The translations under genes were made by a program, and so were the position numbers. Positions 1 to 12,880 of a stretch of DNA of 62,476 nucleotides are shown one piece after another. Within the stretch, counting starts at the first letter, position 1, and every line of letters starts with the position of its first letter. A model generated the notes under the pieces. It did not search any database. It saw nothing but the letters and a program-made list of their open reading frames with translations, and had not been told where the DNA came from. The DNA comes from Cyanophora paradoxa CCMP329 (taxonomy: Eukaryota; Plantae; Glaucophyta): assembly GCA_004431415.1 (NCBI GenBank), contig QPMI01000696.1:1-62476 (forward strand), given 5' to 3'.

Positions 1-3000
1 CGCCCTCAACGTGCGCTCCGGCCCGATCACGAAGCTTCAGCTGCAGGCCGCGGCCGTTGCCGGTCGCAGTCGATCTCTGACCGCGGGGCCCGGGCGCGGC
101 TGCGGGGCGTGCGCAGGGGGCGATCAGCAAGGGGCAGCTCTCCGCCATCTACCTCAACGTCACCACACGTGCGCCCGTCGAGCTTCGCTTCCTGCTTCTG
201 CCTCCTGAAGGCGGCGCTGAGCGGGCGCGCAGTCGGATCCGCGTCGGCAACGATCGGTTCGACTAGCTCGCTGCTGGCAGATCTAGATACGTGCCTCATC
301 AGCGCTCACCCGTTCCGGTCGCCTGCGCGCGCCCCCGGCAGTGAACATGGTGCCGGAGGTCACGAAGGGCTCCGGCCCCTTGCAGGTGCCTTGCACGCCG
401 GCTCCGCGCCTCTGCGCCCGGGCTTCTCGCCCGACGCCGGGGCGCGCGCGTGCGCAGCGCATCTGCGCCTTCCTCCTGATCCCGGAGGACGAGGAGATCG
501 TGGCCCAGGCCGAGCAGGTCCGCGCGCCCCAATGTCGCCCCGCTGGCCTCGTCCGAGCCTCCCTCGGGGGCGGCCGCAGGGCAAGGGCAGGAGCGGGCGG
601 GGCGAGGTGCCGGTGGCGCCGGCTTCGATGGGGTCGGTCTCGGTCTCGCAGGTGGCTCCCACCGGTGCCGCCTCCGCATCCGAGCGCTCGCGCGCCCCCA
701 GCACGGTCGACCTGGCGCGACCCACACCCCCCCCCCCCCCCCCCCCCCCCCTGCCCCCCCGACCCCCTCGCATCTGACGGGACGGGGCAGGAGGAGGAGG
801 GGCCGGCGGGGGCGGCGCGCCTCGCCCCGCGGACGGCGCTCGCGGCGCTGCGCGGCCTCGAGCGGCAGCGCTCCATGAAGCTCGTAAGTGATTCCATGAA
901 GACCAGGTGCCCCCCGCCCGCTCCGGCCTGACGCCGGGGGCAGAGCGCGCTGGCGGAGGGGGAGCTGGAGGGGGCGGGGCCGATGGGCGAGGGGCGGGCC
1001 GTGGAGGCCATCGAGTGCAGACGCGTCTCCTTCGCCTACCGCTCCTTCGACACCCGCATGGTGCCCCCCCTGCGCATCTCCGCTTTCTGGTCTGGTTACA
1101 GTCGTTTTTATGCAATGGCTTCTCGGTGTCGCTCGTGCAGATCCTGGACGCGGTGTCGCTGACGATCCGGCCGTGCACCTCGGTCTGCATCGTGGGCGGC
1201 TCGGGCTGCGGCAAGTCCACCCTCCTCGGCATCCTCATGCGCAACTACCGCCCCACCCACGGCGCCGTGCGCAACATTGCCCCCTGTGGGGAGCCTCGAG
1301 CGCGTGCCGGGGCGAGGGGCGGGGCGGGGCGGGCAGGTGAAGTACGGGGGCGTGAAGCTGCACAAGATCCCGCGCGCCGTCTGGAAGCGCCACGTCCGCG
1401 TCGTCCAGCAGGCCCGCCCGGCCCGGCCCCAGAGCTCCAGCCTCGAGCTCCCGCTGAGGCGCCGGGCCGGGCTCCCCGCAGAGCGCGTTCATCTTCGGGG
1501 CGACGGCGCGGGAGAACATCGCGATCGGCAAGCCCGGCGCCACCGACGAGGAGGTCGCCGCCGCCGCCCGCCTCGCCCAGGTGCCCCCGCCCCGCCCCGC
1601 CCCGCCCCGGCCCCCTCCGCCCTCTCCCCAGCCCGCCTTACGACGCTCCGGCAGATCCACGACGTGATCTCCGAGCTGCCCGAGGGGTACAACACCGTCA
1701 TCAAGTGCGCCCGCCCAGCTCCGGCGCCGCAAAGGCTGCCCGACCCCCTGCACCTGCCGCTGACTCGGCGGGGCGGGGCGGGACGCGGCGGGGCGCAGCA
1801 TGAAGTCGCTGTCGGGGGGCCAGAAGCAGCGCATCTGCATCGCGCGGGCCCTCATCGGCGAGCCCAAGATCCTCGTCCTCGACGAGGTCAGATCTGACCC
1901 GACCCGTCCCCTCCCCCTCCCCCCCCCCTCCTCCCGCGCGGGCGCCGAGGGCGGGCGTCTCTGGCGGGGCAGTGCACGTCGGCGCTGGACGCGGAGACGG
2001 AGCGGCGCATCAACGCGATGATCGAGGAGGCCTCCAAGCGCATGACCGTCATCCAGGTCACCCACAGGTCCGGCCCCGGCCCCGGCCCCGCACCCGCCTC
2101 GCTTCCTTTCGCCGCGCGCCGCCCGGCGTGACCTCGCGCGCGGGGTGCGGCAGGCTTGCGGCGGCGGAGAAGTGCGACGAGGTCATCGTCCTCGACAAGG
2201 GCCACGTCGTCGAGCGCGGTCCGCAGGCCCCCGCAGGCCCCGCAGGCCCCGCCCCGCTCCGGGCCCGCTCACTGAGGCACGCCCCGCGCGCGCACGCGCA
2301 GGCGCCTACGCGGAGCTGGCGAAGGCCGGCGGGCCCTTCAGCCACCTCCTCAGCCAGGCCCGCCCCCGCCCCCGCCCCCGCCCCCGCCCCCGGCGCCCGC
2401 GGCCTCTGAGCGGGGCGAGGGGAGCGCAGGCGGGGGAGTTCGAGGCGCCGCTGGGCCCCGCGCGGACGCCCGACGAGGTCGCCGCCCTCCTCCGCAGGTC
2501 CCCCCGCCCTCGCCCGCGCCCCGCCCCGCGGCGGCCGCCGAGGGCGCCGGGCGGGGCGCAGGTTCGACGGCTTCCACGAGGGCCCCGAGGACGCCCTCCG
2601 CGAGCTCGCCGCGAGCGGTGCCCCCGCCCCGCCGCCCGCCCGCCCGCCCCAGGGGCCCCGCGGCCGGCCCCGACGCGGCGCCCCGCCGGCAGCGAGCTTC
2701 GAGGAGTACAGGAAGGGGACAGCGTGTGCGAGCAGGCGTGCCCGCCCCGCCCCGGCCGTGCTCGAGCTCCCGCGTCAGGCCGCGCTGAGGGCGGGGCGGG
2801 CAGGACACGCCGGCGACGCACCTGGACCTCGTCCTCTCGGGCCTCCTCGAGAAGGAGCGCACGGGGCTCGAGGGCAAGTGCGCGCCCGCCCGCCCCGCCC
2901 CGGCCCCGCTCCGAGCTCGCGCTTCGGGTCCTGACGCGCGGCGCAGGCCGCACCGCGTCGGCACTCTCAAGCAGGTGCCAGCCCGCCCCACGCCGCCCCA

Positions 3001-4204
3001 CCCGTGCTCCGAGAGCGCGCCGGCCCGCAGCTGACGCGCGGCGCGCGCGCGGGTGCGCAGGGGGAGCTCAGCGACGTCGGGAACCTGCTGCTCGCCCCGG
3101 CCTCCTCGCAGTTCTCGGTGCCGCCCCGCCCACAAACCTCAGAGATCCGTGTCCGAGCTCGCGGCCTGACGCTGGGGTGCAGGGCGAGGCGTCGGGGGAG
3201 GGGCGGGCGCCGTGGAACCACCACTCCCTCCTCGCCGCCTCAGACGCCCGCCTCCTCCGCCTGCCCCTCCTGCACGCCCCGCCCCGCCCCGCCCCGCCCC
3301 GGATCTCGGCGCCCCTGATCGCGGGCCTCTCCGGGCAGGGCGGTGAACCGGTACCTGCGGGGCCTGACGGCCGCCGAGCTCGCGCGGGCCTTCCCCCACC
3401 TCGAGTGCGCGCGCAGCGCAGATCGCGAGCAGGGCGCCGCAGCTTCATTTGCTGACGTCGGGCAGGGAGGGCCGCCGCGCGCTCTACAACTGGAAGCGCG
3501 GCCGCGTGCAGCTCGGGAACCAGGTCCGCCCTCTCTGCCCCCCTGCGCCGCGGATGCCGACGAGCGCGAGCGCCGCGCGGCAGCTGGCGTTTGTCGCGGC
3601 GGCGGCCGGCCTGAGCGCCCACTCTCGCAAGGGCCCCGACCCCGGCGCCCCGGCCGAGGAGGAGGGCCCCGCGCCTCCGGCCCCCGGCACCCCGGCCGCG
3701 CCGTCCGCCGTCGAGGCGCTCGGGGGCGGAGGGGCAGCCGCGGGGGCCGCCGCGGAGCCGGTGGCAGCGGCGGCAGTGGCGCCGGATGCGGAGGCGTGCG
3801 AGCAGGCGCAGCAGCAGCCGCCGGCGCCGCCCTCGCGCGCGGCCGGCCCCCCGTCGGCCTCCGCATCCGGTGGGACCTCGGGGACGGCGCCCGCCCGCGC
3901 CCCGCGAGGCGGCGACGGGCCCGGGCCCGGGCCACGCCCCCGCCAGCCTCCCCCCGCTGGCAGTCCACGCGCGGCACCTGCCCCCGCTGCCCGGGCCGCA
4001 GCCCGCCGCGCACGCGCCGACGCCCGAGGCTTCGTCTGCGCTCCTCAGGCCGGCCACCCTCGCCCCCGCCACCCTCGACCATGGCGGCCACCCCCACGAG
4101 AGAGACGATCCCTCTCACGACAAGCGGGAGTAGCCTCTCTTGCACCTCAGTCAGCAGTCAGCTGCAGGTCGCACACTGATCATGATCATGATCATGAGCC
4201 ATAG
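1..4204 (+). CDS. ABCB/HlyB-like ABC exporter (5' part outside window) with C-terminal cyclic-nucleotide-binding domain; many introns
   Basis: Spliced exons give Walker [10 protein letters not shown] (~1195-1221), Q-loop VVQQ|SAFIF, ENIAIG, signature LSGGQKQR, Walker B ILVLDE|CTSALD and H-loop VTHR|LA. They continue F...[37 protein letters not shown], a cNMP-binding pattern. 3' end uncertain. Confidence 0.85.
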
Positions 4205-5184
4205 CTAGCAATAGTGTGCACGTGCACGACTACGGACTGCTGTGCACGGAATGTAATGCCACTCCCGCTTGCCGTGGAGCGCCTTGCGATCGCTCATCTC
4301 GCGACGCCGCGCGCACACTGTGACAACAAGCAAAGCCTGCAGCCGGGGCCGGGTACGTATACGCGGCGGCGCGATCGCGTGATAGGATCCGGAACGCGAT
4401 TGCGAATCTGATTCCAAGGCTGAACTCGGAACATTTGTCGCCCTCAATGCGGTAAGCGTCGAGGGCCGGGGGCCATTGTATACGTTCCCTTCGAATTCAC
4501 AGCAATGGCCCTTCACATTGTATTGGGTTGCAATTGTCCGGGGACAGGCCTAGGGGTATCCTGTTGGCCATGGGGGGGGGGGGGGGGGGGGGTTGGAAGG
4601 CGGTTGGGAAGGGAGTTGCGGTAGTGACTCATGATCAGTGACACAGAGGAACCTCTGGGCGCGTCGCGCAATTAAAATATGCAATATTGATTGCTTATCT
4701 AAATTGGGCTTAGAGGGCCTCGGCCTCTAGATCTGAAAAAGTAATGCCCTGGGCTCTTTTTTAGCCGATGATCATGATCTGATAGTACTGTACTAGTTCT
4801 GTACCGAAGAGTGCGCAGGAGTGCATTATCATAGTAGTATAGCTGGAATCAATTGCAATTATGTACAGTCGGATTCTTGATCTACAACAGGCGATCGATC
4901 GGCTCGATCGCGAATCTGAAGGCAGCAGCTGCAGGCACCAGGCTGAAGAAAAGAAAAGAGTGCCACGGTGCCCGCCTGCAGCTAAGACAATAAAAAGGAG
5001 ACGTTCACTCGGGCTCCGACCAACGCGGCAACGTCGTAAATTCTATCGACGTCGGCCAATTCTAATTATAAATGTGGGCAGCGAGCCCCTAAGACTACAT
5101 TTCGAGTGTTATGAAGGAAAAGTGCCGCAGTGCGGCGAAGTATTAGGGCTTCGATTTCGGAGGAGGCGGGTCTGGCGCCTAAGT

Positions 5185-6104
5185 CTAGAGAAGGTGGGAG
5201 GCGTCGGGCTCGGGGAAGGCCAAGGCCAAGTCGCCGCCAAAGGCGGAGAAGTCGAGGCCGCCGTCGCCGTCCACAGCCGCCGCGTCGTCCGCCGCCACGC
5301 CGCCCTCCTGCCGGCGCGTCAGCCGTCCGGGGCGCCGCGGCGGGGCGCGGCCGTCCGGGTCGGGGGGCGCACGTCAAAGGCGAGGCCGCTGTCGACGCCG
5401 TTGGCGTCGACGCCGTCGGCCGAGTAGGCCTGGACCTCGTCGTCCACCTGGAACAATTTCATCGTGGAGGAGCGGTGGAATCCCATCTTGGGCTTCGAAG
5501 TCGTGCTGCGGTGGCGCCCGAAGAGGCTGCGGCCGCGGCTGGAGGAGCCCCCGCTGCTGGGGCGCGCGCTGTTCCAGATGCCGCGGGAGCCGCCACCCAG
5601 GATGCCGCCACCCAGGAGGCCGCCCAGGAAGCCGCCGGACTTCTGCGGGTTGCTCGGCGCGAACGGGCCCTTCTCGTAGCCATGCTGCTTGCCGTAGTAT
5701 TTGTTGTAATCGATGCCTAGAGCGAATACGAAGGGGCGCGGCAGGGTCAGCGGTCCGTTTCGCGGGGCCGGCGCGGTGAGAGGCGAGGTCGCGCACGACC
5801 GCTCTGCTCCTTGTGCACGAGAGCTTCGATCTGGTTCGGTGTCATGTACGTCGGCTCGCCGGTGAAAGGGTGCATCCTGCGCCGGATCAAGTCATGATCA
5901 GCAGATCTACAGGTCACAAAGCACGCGGGCAGAGGGCGAATTCGAATTCGAAGCGAACCGCATGCCCGGCATGCTCGGATGATCGTACTTGTTGCCGGTG
6001 TACTTGTGGCCGCCATAGGTAGCCGCGATGCGGTCTTCCGCCGCGTCCAGCGAGTCGTAGCGCCACGAGTCGCGACCGGGCCGGGAGTCGAAGCTACCGT
6101 CCAT
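5185..6104 (-). CDS. Unknown protein, acidic-tail family member A
   Basis: Four GT-AG exons splice in frame: MDGSFDSRPG...GIDYNKYYGKQHGYEKGPF...GGFLGGLLGGG...VDDEVQAYSADGVDANGVDSGLAFD|EGGVAADD...PEPDASHLL*. An upstream exon is possible. Confidence 0.7.
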
Positions 6105-8615
6105 GTCTGGATCCGAGGTTGGCGACGACGATGTCAGTGCACGCGGGAAGGCTAGGGCGGCGGAGATCCCACGCAGCGCCTACCACTGTAGTATAGTACG
6201 TATACGGATGGCCTGACGCGGCGTGTGCCCACTGCCCAGTCCCCACTGAGTCGCACTGACTCTCAGTGTCCGACGGTCCCCAGTGAGTCCCCACTGACTC
6301 CCCAGTGACTCCCCACTGCCCAGTACTAGTACTACTAGTAGTACTGTAGTAGTACAGTGGCAGTACTAGCTGGCACTGCTGGCACTGCCCACCACGGCCA
6401 GTGTGGCAGTGCCCACAGGGCCCCACACTGTGACACACTGACGTACCGCGGTATTTTGCTCTCAGAGTCTATGGCCAAGTGGCGGGCCGGGCGCCGGGTT
6501 TTAAATTAAAACGCGGTAACTTACTAGGTTTTTGAGGCTGTACATGTGCAGCTGCGCCGTGCGCACTGCGGCCGGGCACCATGCGCGACACATGCGCATG
6601 CCATGATGCGCATGCATAACATGAATCCGCTGATGATCGATATCCTGATCATGATGCCATGTCCGGTGATCAGATCAGATCCGGTGATCAGCCGCGCGGC
6701 CCGCGCCTGTTCTGGGAAAGAAAAGTCTGGTCAAAACGGACTATCGAAAATACAAAAAGAAAAAAGCGCGTCACCGTCCGATCACCGTCCTGGTCCGTCC
6801 ATTCCAAAAAAACCCATCTGCATATATATATAACAGCATGGGCCACGAAATTAATATTGGCACGAATCCGGCGACTCGACGTACGGCGACTCGTCGGCGA
6901 GTCACTGAGAGCTCGAGTAACTGAGCAGTGATCTTAGAACCTTAAATACTATTATAATGCATTATAATAATGTTTATTACTGGATATCAATATTAAACGG
7001 GACACTGATCATGAGTCGACGGCCGCGCGCCGGGCCCCGGGCCCGGCGGGCGACTCGCCGACTCGCCGAGTCGCCGATCGCGACTCGCGAGTCGGCGAAT
7101 TCGAATTCGAATTCCGAGTCGAATTCGAATTAATATTCGAACTACCAGTGTCTACCACGGAGTCTATCGCTACGTACGTATACGGTACTCCGGTACTAGG
7201 TACGTACTACGGTAGTACGTTACTGTACGTACCGTATCGCGTAGTACCCCGCGCAACTGCCCAACGACGAAGGCTCGAGCCTCGAGGCTCGAGCTCGACG
7301 GACCCAGGAGACTCGCCTAAGAGTCGACGTCGGAATTTTGACCCGGTAATTGATCGAAATTCGGAATTATACAGAAACAAATTAAACCTCCGAGGCTCAT
7401 GAAAAAAACACTGATGAAGATCAAGTAGAACCGTTGATTCGAATTCGGCGTTGAAGCGTGGAGTCCGACGTACGGTCGCCGTTGACTATTAATTTTTTAT
7501 ATTGCAATTGGTACAATAACATGATAACCAGGTACTACTAGGCTATACAGTCTATACGCCGCTACTAGGCTAGTATACGGGTAACGCCGTGACGTGATGC
7601 GGGCCATGCGGCAGTGCAGCGGGCCAGCGGCACTGATGCCATGACGAATCATTGATGATGCATTATGTGCGGTGATGTTTCACGTACGCGACGACTACGC
7701 GTACGGCTTTTGCACGGTACTAGGGTAGCCTGACGGCTGCCTGAGTCATCGATATCGATACTAGTAGCCTTAAATTTGCACGGTCGCTGGGCCCGCGCCG
7801 GCCCCGCGGTAGCCTTTTGCACGGTAGCTTGTGCACGTCACGGTGCACGTGGGGGTGGTTATCGAAATATAACATATATAACATATGGTGCCATAATAAT
7901 AATATAAAATAATGGTGATCTTTAGCACGGTATACCGACGATAATACCGTATACGTACTAGGCGGGAGCCTCGGAGTCTAGGCCTAGCTATAATATATAG
8001 TATAGGCTGGCGCTAGTCACACTGACTCATCAGTAAGTGCTGGGCCACTGCGCTAGGCTGCCAGCCGCTGCGCAGCAGTTGCAATCCAACATGTCAGCGC
8101 TAGCGCGCCGCCTCATGATCAGGCCCGCCTGCAGGCTGGCCATGGCTGCGCATGCGTTGCTGGTGCCGGCGCCGGCGACGTCCGACGGCCGACGGGCCGG
8201 AGCGCGCGGCGCTCCAACGTTAACGTTCGCACTACTTCGCAGTACACACGCGCGCGGCATCGAAGCACGCGTACGTATATCCCCTCAAACCTCTCAGTAT
8301 CTAGCTATAGCTATATATAGTATTCGTGGTCCCGAGTCCCGGGTCCCGAACTCCCGGCCGCGGGCCGACGGACACGCAAATTCGCAGCACACGCCGCGGC
8401 GCGCCTATACGTTTATATATACATACACATATATAGTGCGAGTCCTGGCCATGGAGCCCCGGCCGCGGCGGACGGACGGCGCATCTGCATGGATGCGCAG
8501 CTAATTGCGGTCTGCTTTGCAGATCTGTAGCTAAAGCCTCGGAGCTACGAGCCAGTCGAAGAACCATTCGGAATTCACTAAACGCCAAATCCGAAGCAAA
8601 CCAGGCGCGCTATCG

Positions 8616-11600
8616 ATGGGTCTCTTCAAAAAGCTAAAGCGGGTGAGTTCGGCCGCGGCCTCATCATCGCGCGTATAGCCTGCCGGCGCCAACCGCCCCA
8701 TCTAGATCTGAAGTGCACACTCGCAGAAATTTAAGAAGGTTGGCAAGAAGATTAAGGGCGGGCTGAAGAAGGTGATTTCCTGAGTGCATCTGCTCGCGGA
8801 TCGCGTTATCTCTGAGAGTGTGCGCGTGCAGGTTGGGAAAGGATTACAGAAGGGCGTGAAAGCAGTCGGAAAGGGAGTTTCCATCGCCATGAAGAAGACT
8901 GGTATCGCAAAGGTCCGAATCTTTCAAGCTCCGGAGCCCCCTTTCATTTCCTGTCCCCTCCCCTCCCCCCCCCCCCCCCCCCCCCCCACCCCCCTTCCCG
9001 GCTCACCTCGACGCGACCGGCCACATGCGCATGCACAGCTATCGATTCAACGGTTGGAAGGGCACGTCATATATCTGTATATAGGCCGCTGTGTATTAAT
9101 ATCAATGCGATGCGACGTCCAATTATCCAGACACAAAACCTTCTCGAGCTCCTCCTTCTCCCCCGGGCCCCCAACCCCCCTCCCCGCACCCTCATGATCA
9201 TGCATATGATCAGCTGGACCGTCCCGGTCATTCTACCTGAGCTCATTCGAAACCCCCCTCCTCCGCAGGTCCTCAAGGTCGTTGGGAAGATCCCCGTCAT
9301 CGGCGGTGCGCGTGACACGGGTACCCCGCCAGCACGCGTTCTCACGCGGCGGCGCAGGCCTGGCCAAGTCGGTCACGGGCGTCGTGAAATCCATGCGCTC
9401 GGGCAACGTCAAGGGCATCTTCAAGCACGGCTTCTCCCTCGCCACCAGCTTCGGCCCCGGCGGTCTCATCAAGAACGCCGTCGTCGGCGCCGTGAAGGGT
9501 GCCCCCTGCTTTCATTTGCGATCGGTTTCCCCGCCGCGCCCCCTCCGACCCCGCGCGACGTACAGCGGGGGTCAAGGCGGGGGTCAAGGCCGGCGCGAGG
9601 GCCGGCGCGAAGAAGATAGCCTCCCGCAGCGCGAAGAAGGTCGGATCGAAGGTGCGCCCCTCCCAATTCCAATCCCCCCGCCCTGCAGCTGATCGCGAGG
9701 ACCCCGCGGCCGTCTCTAATTATTTAATATGAATTTTGCTCCCTCAGACCGCCCAGAATTCGAAGGCCGGCTCAAAATGGGGCAAGGCCGGCTCAAAATG
9801 GGGCAAGGTCGGAGGCAAGTTCGCGAAGAGCAAGCTGAGCGGCAAGTTTGCTAAAGGCAAGCTGAGTTCGAAGGGCGGCGTGAGCAAGCTCGCGGGCAAG
9901 GCCAAGCCCCTCTGGGCCAAGCTCACCGGCGCCGGCCGCTCCAAGCCCGGCTTCAAGCCCGGCAAGTTCAGCGGCACGTTTGGGCGTGCGGCGAAGGCAG
10001 GCCTCAAGGGGGCGGCGAAGCAGGGCTTGGGCGCGGCAAAAGGGTACGCGCAGGAGCAGGCCGCCGCGCGCTTCATGGGAGAGGTCCGGTCGCCATCCCC
10101 GCGGCTCCAGATCCCGGCTTGCTGCCTGTGACCTGACTCTCGGCTCTGCGCAGCAGCACGACGGCTCCAACGGGTGGGCCCAGGGTCAGAAGGGGTTTGC
10201 GGAGGAGCAAGCCCCGGGCCAGCAGCCGCCGCAGGAGGAGCTGGCGCCGGGCCAGCAGCCCCCGCAGGAGGAGCTGGCGCCGGGCCAGCAGCCCCCGCAG
10301 GAGGAGCTGGCGCCGGGCCAGCAGCTGCCGCAGGAGGAGCTGGCGCCGGGCCAGCAGCCCCCGCAGGAGGAGCTGGCGCCGGGCCAGCAGCTGCCGCAGG
10401 AGGAGCTGGCGCCGGGCCAGCAGCCCCCGCAGGAGGAGCTGGCGCCGGGCCAGCAGCAACCGCAGGAGAAGCTGGCTCCGGGCCAGCAGCCGCCGCAGGA
10501 GGAGCTGGCGTCGGGCCAGCAGCCCCCGCAGGAGGAGCTGGGGCCGGGCCAGCAGCCCCCGCAGGAGGAGCTGGCGCCGGGCCAGCAGCCCCCGCAGGAG
10601 GAGCTGGCGCCGGGCCAGCAGCCCCCGCAGGAGGAGCTGGCGCCGGGCCAGCAGCCCCCGCAGGAGGAGCTGGCGCCGGGCCAGCCGCCGCCGCAGGAGG
10701 AGCTGGCGCCGGGCCAGCAGCCCCCGCAGGAGGAGCTGGCGCCGGGCCAGCAGCCCCCGCAGGAGGAGCTGGCGCCGGGCCAGCAGCCCCCGCAGGAGGA
10801 GCTGGCGCCGGGCCAGCAGCCCCCGCAGGAGGAGCTGGCGCCGGGCCAGCAGCCCCCGCGGGAGGAGCTGGGGCCGGGCCAGCCGCCGCCGCAGGAGGAG
10901 CTGGCTCCGGGCCAGCAGCCCCCGCAGGAGGAGCTGGGGCCGGGCCAGCCGCCGCCGCAGGAGGAGCTGGCGCCGGGCCAGCAGCCCCCGCAGGAGGAGC
11001 TGGCGCCGGGCCAGCAGCCCCCGCAGGAGGAGCTGGCTCCGGGCCAGCAGCCCCCGCAGGAGGAGCTGGCGCCGGGCCAGCAGCCCCCGCAGGAGGAGCT
11101 GGCTCCGGGCCAGCAGCCCCCGCAGGAGGAGCTGGCGCCGGGCCAGCAGCCGCCGCAGGAGGAGCTGGCGCCGGGCCAGCAGCTGCAGCCCCCGCAGGAG
11201 TCCAACGCTCGCGAGCCCACTGCCGTGGGCCGGGACTGGGATCCAGAGAGCGCCCGGGCCGGAGGCGAGCAGCAGGGCTGGGGCGGGATGCGCGGCCACG
11301 GCGAACCGCAGGAGAGCAGCAGGCCGAACGACGACCACGGCAGCGTGCGTTCGCCACCCGCCAGCTGCAGGAGCCCCCGGCGCGCGGGGCGGCGGCTGAC
11401 AGATTAGACATCGGTTCGTGCGCAGCGCGAGCGGCTGATGTGGCGGAACGTCGACACGGGGCGGGCGGCGGTGCACCTGGCGGAGGAGGTGGCTCCCCGC
11501 GTCGAGGAGTACGACGCGGCGGGGGCGCTCGCGGCCGGCCCGGAGGAGGCCGGCGCTGGGCCGGCGGCGGGTGCGGAGGGGTACGAGCGGTACAGCGCGG

Positions 11601-11845
11601 CGGGGCTGGAGGAGCTGGATGCGGGGGCGGGGGCGGGGGCGGGGGCGGGGGCGGACGAGGGGGCCCACGGCCCCGGCGAGCTCGACGGGCACTCGGTGCG
11701 GCGCGGGCCCCCGCGGGCCTCCCCAGCGCCCCCCCGGCCCTGGAGCCGGCTGCTGAACTTGGGTCTGACGCGAGCACAGGAGGGGGACATGTTCGGCTAC
11801 GTACACGCCCACAGCGCCAGCCATTTACTCCTCGCCCTCTGCTGA
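8616..11845 (+). CDS. Unknown protein, family member B: cationic amphipathic Lys/Gly N-terminus, Gln/Glu/Pro repeat, acidic tail
   Basis: Phase-compatible exons give MGLFKKLKR|[15 protein letters not shown]|[15 protein letters not shown]...([11 protein letters not shown])n...[16 protein letters not shown]...|[21 protein letters not shown]. Confidence 0.75.
10214..11200 (+). repeat. Coding 33-bp minisatellite, 29 complete units plus a partial one, encoding [11 protein letters not shown]
   Basis: Unit ccgggccagcagcccccgcaggaggagctggcg is repeated head to tail from 10214 to 11170 with few substitutions and no spacers. Confidence 0.95.
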
Positions 11846-12880
11846 CTCCGCGCACGCAAGGAAATTGTCTTTCATTTACTTCTCCTTGATCAAGCTGCAA
11901 AGAGCGCCAGATAGATCGCGAAGGCCGAGGCCGTTGCGGATGCGCCGGGAGAGATGCGCCCAATGAATATATATGCTAGGCCTATATATATATATAGCTA
12001 GCGTTGGTGGTCTCTCTGGTCCGGCTGCGGGAGAGCGGAGGCTGCGGGAGAGCGGAGTCCGCGGCGGTCAGTGCACGTGCCACGGTGTATGTAGCTGTAC
12101 GCCTTGCAATTAATTTATTAATATTGGGGCGGGAGAAAGAAGCGCTGGGACCGCGAATCTCGATCGATATCGACGCCTAGGCCCAGCTATAGGCCTATAT
12201 ATAAAGCTACCACTAGACCGGGGGGGGCGCATTGCAAGCTGCAAGCATTGAGCTGCATGCGCACAAGCGCCCGCGATTCGAATTCGTCCAGATCTGGATC
12301 CGGAGGCCTAGGCCCTGAGGCCCTGAGGGGCGCCGGCGGCGCGGGATCGGGAGGGGGTATCGGAGGCCGAAGCATGTGCATGCGCAGGGGGCCCGCGGCC
12401 GGGAGATCTATAGCTAGCTATATAGATGCCATATAGCATATGCATCGCGTTCAACGTGCAACCGATCCACCGGACCACCTGCCCGGGGTATATCGAAAGC
12501 AGGCCAAGGGCGCGGGAAGCTTAAGGGGGCACGAGAAATTACGTGTACGTATAAACTTGAAACGCGTACGCCTGCAAACGACGCGGCCCTCGATCTCGGC
12601 GACCCGTCCGAGGCTCCGGATCCGTGCTAGCTCGCCCAAGCTTGAGGCCCCAGCTGCAGGCCGGGCGGCGGGCCCGGCCGGGCCCGCCGGCGCCGGCCCC
12701 CCGGTCGCCGCCGGGGCCGGCCCGGGCGGGGCCCCTGGGCCCTGGGCCGCCGGGGCCGATGAGTCGGCGATGATATCGATCTATATACTGATGTTAACGT
12801 TGGACTCGGACTCTTCATGCTTAAGCTTGCATTATAAATTTTACAACTCTCAGGTCATTATACTAACTATACAAAGCTCA

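Noticed and set aside
4572-4592. Long poly-G/poly-C runs (also ~727, 8965, 21748, 24220, 41925)
   Set aside because: Common intronic or intergenic homopolymers of unreliable length; no specific function supportable.
10214-11200. 33-bp repeat array as a CRISPR array
   Set aside because: Units are contiguous with no unique spacers, are in frame within an exon, and there are no cas genes.
9744-11963. Long alternative-frame ORFs (739, 583, 571, 400 aa) over the minisatellite, and similar Pro/Arg/Gly ORFs throughout 1-43 kb
   Set aside because: Stop-poor by-products of extreme GC content, repeats and intron read-through.
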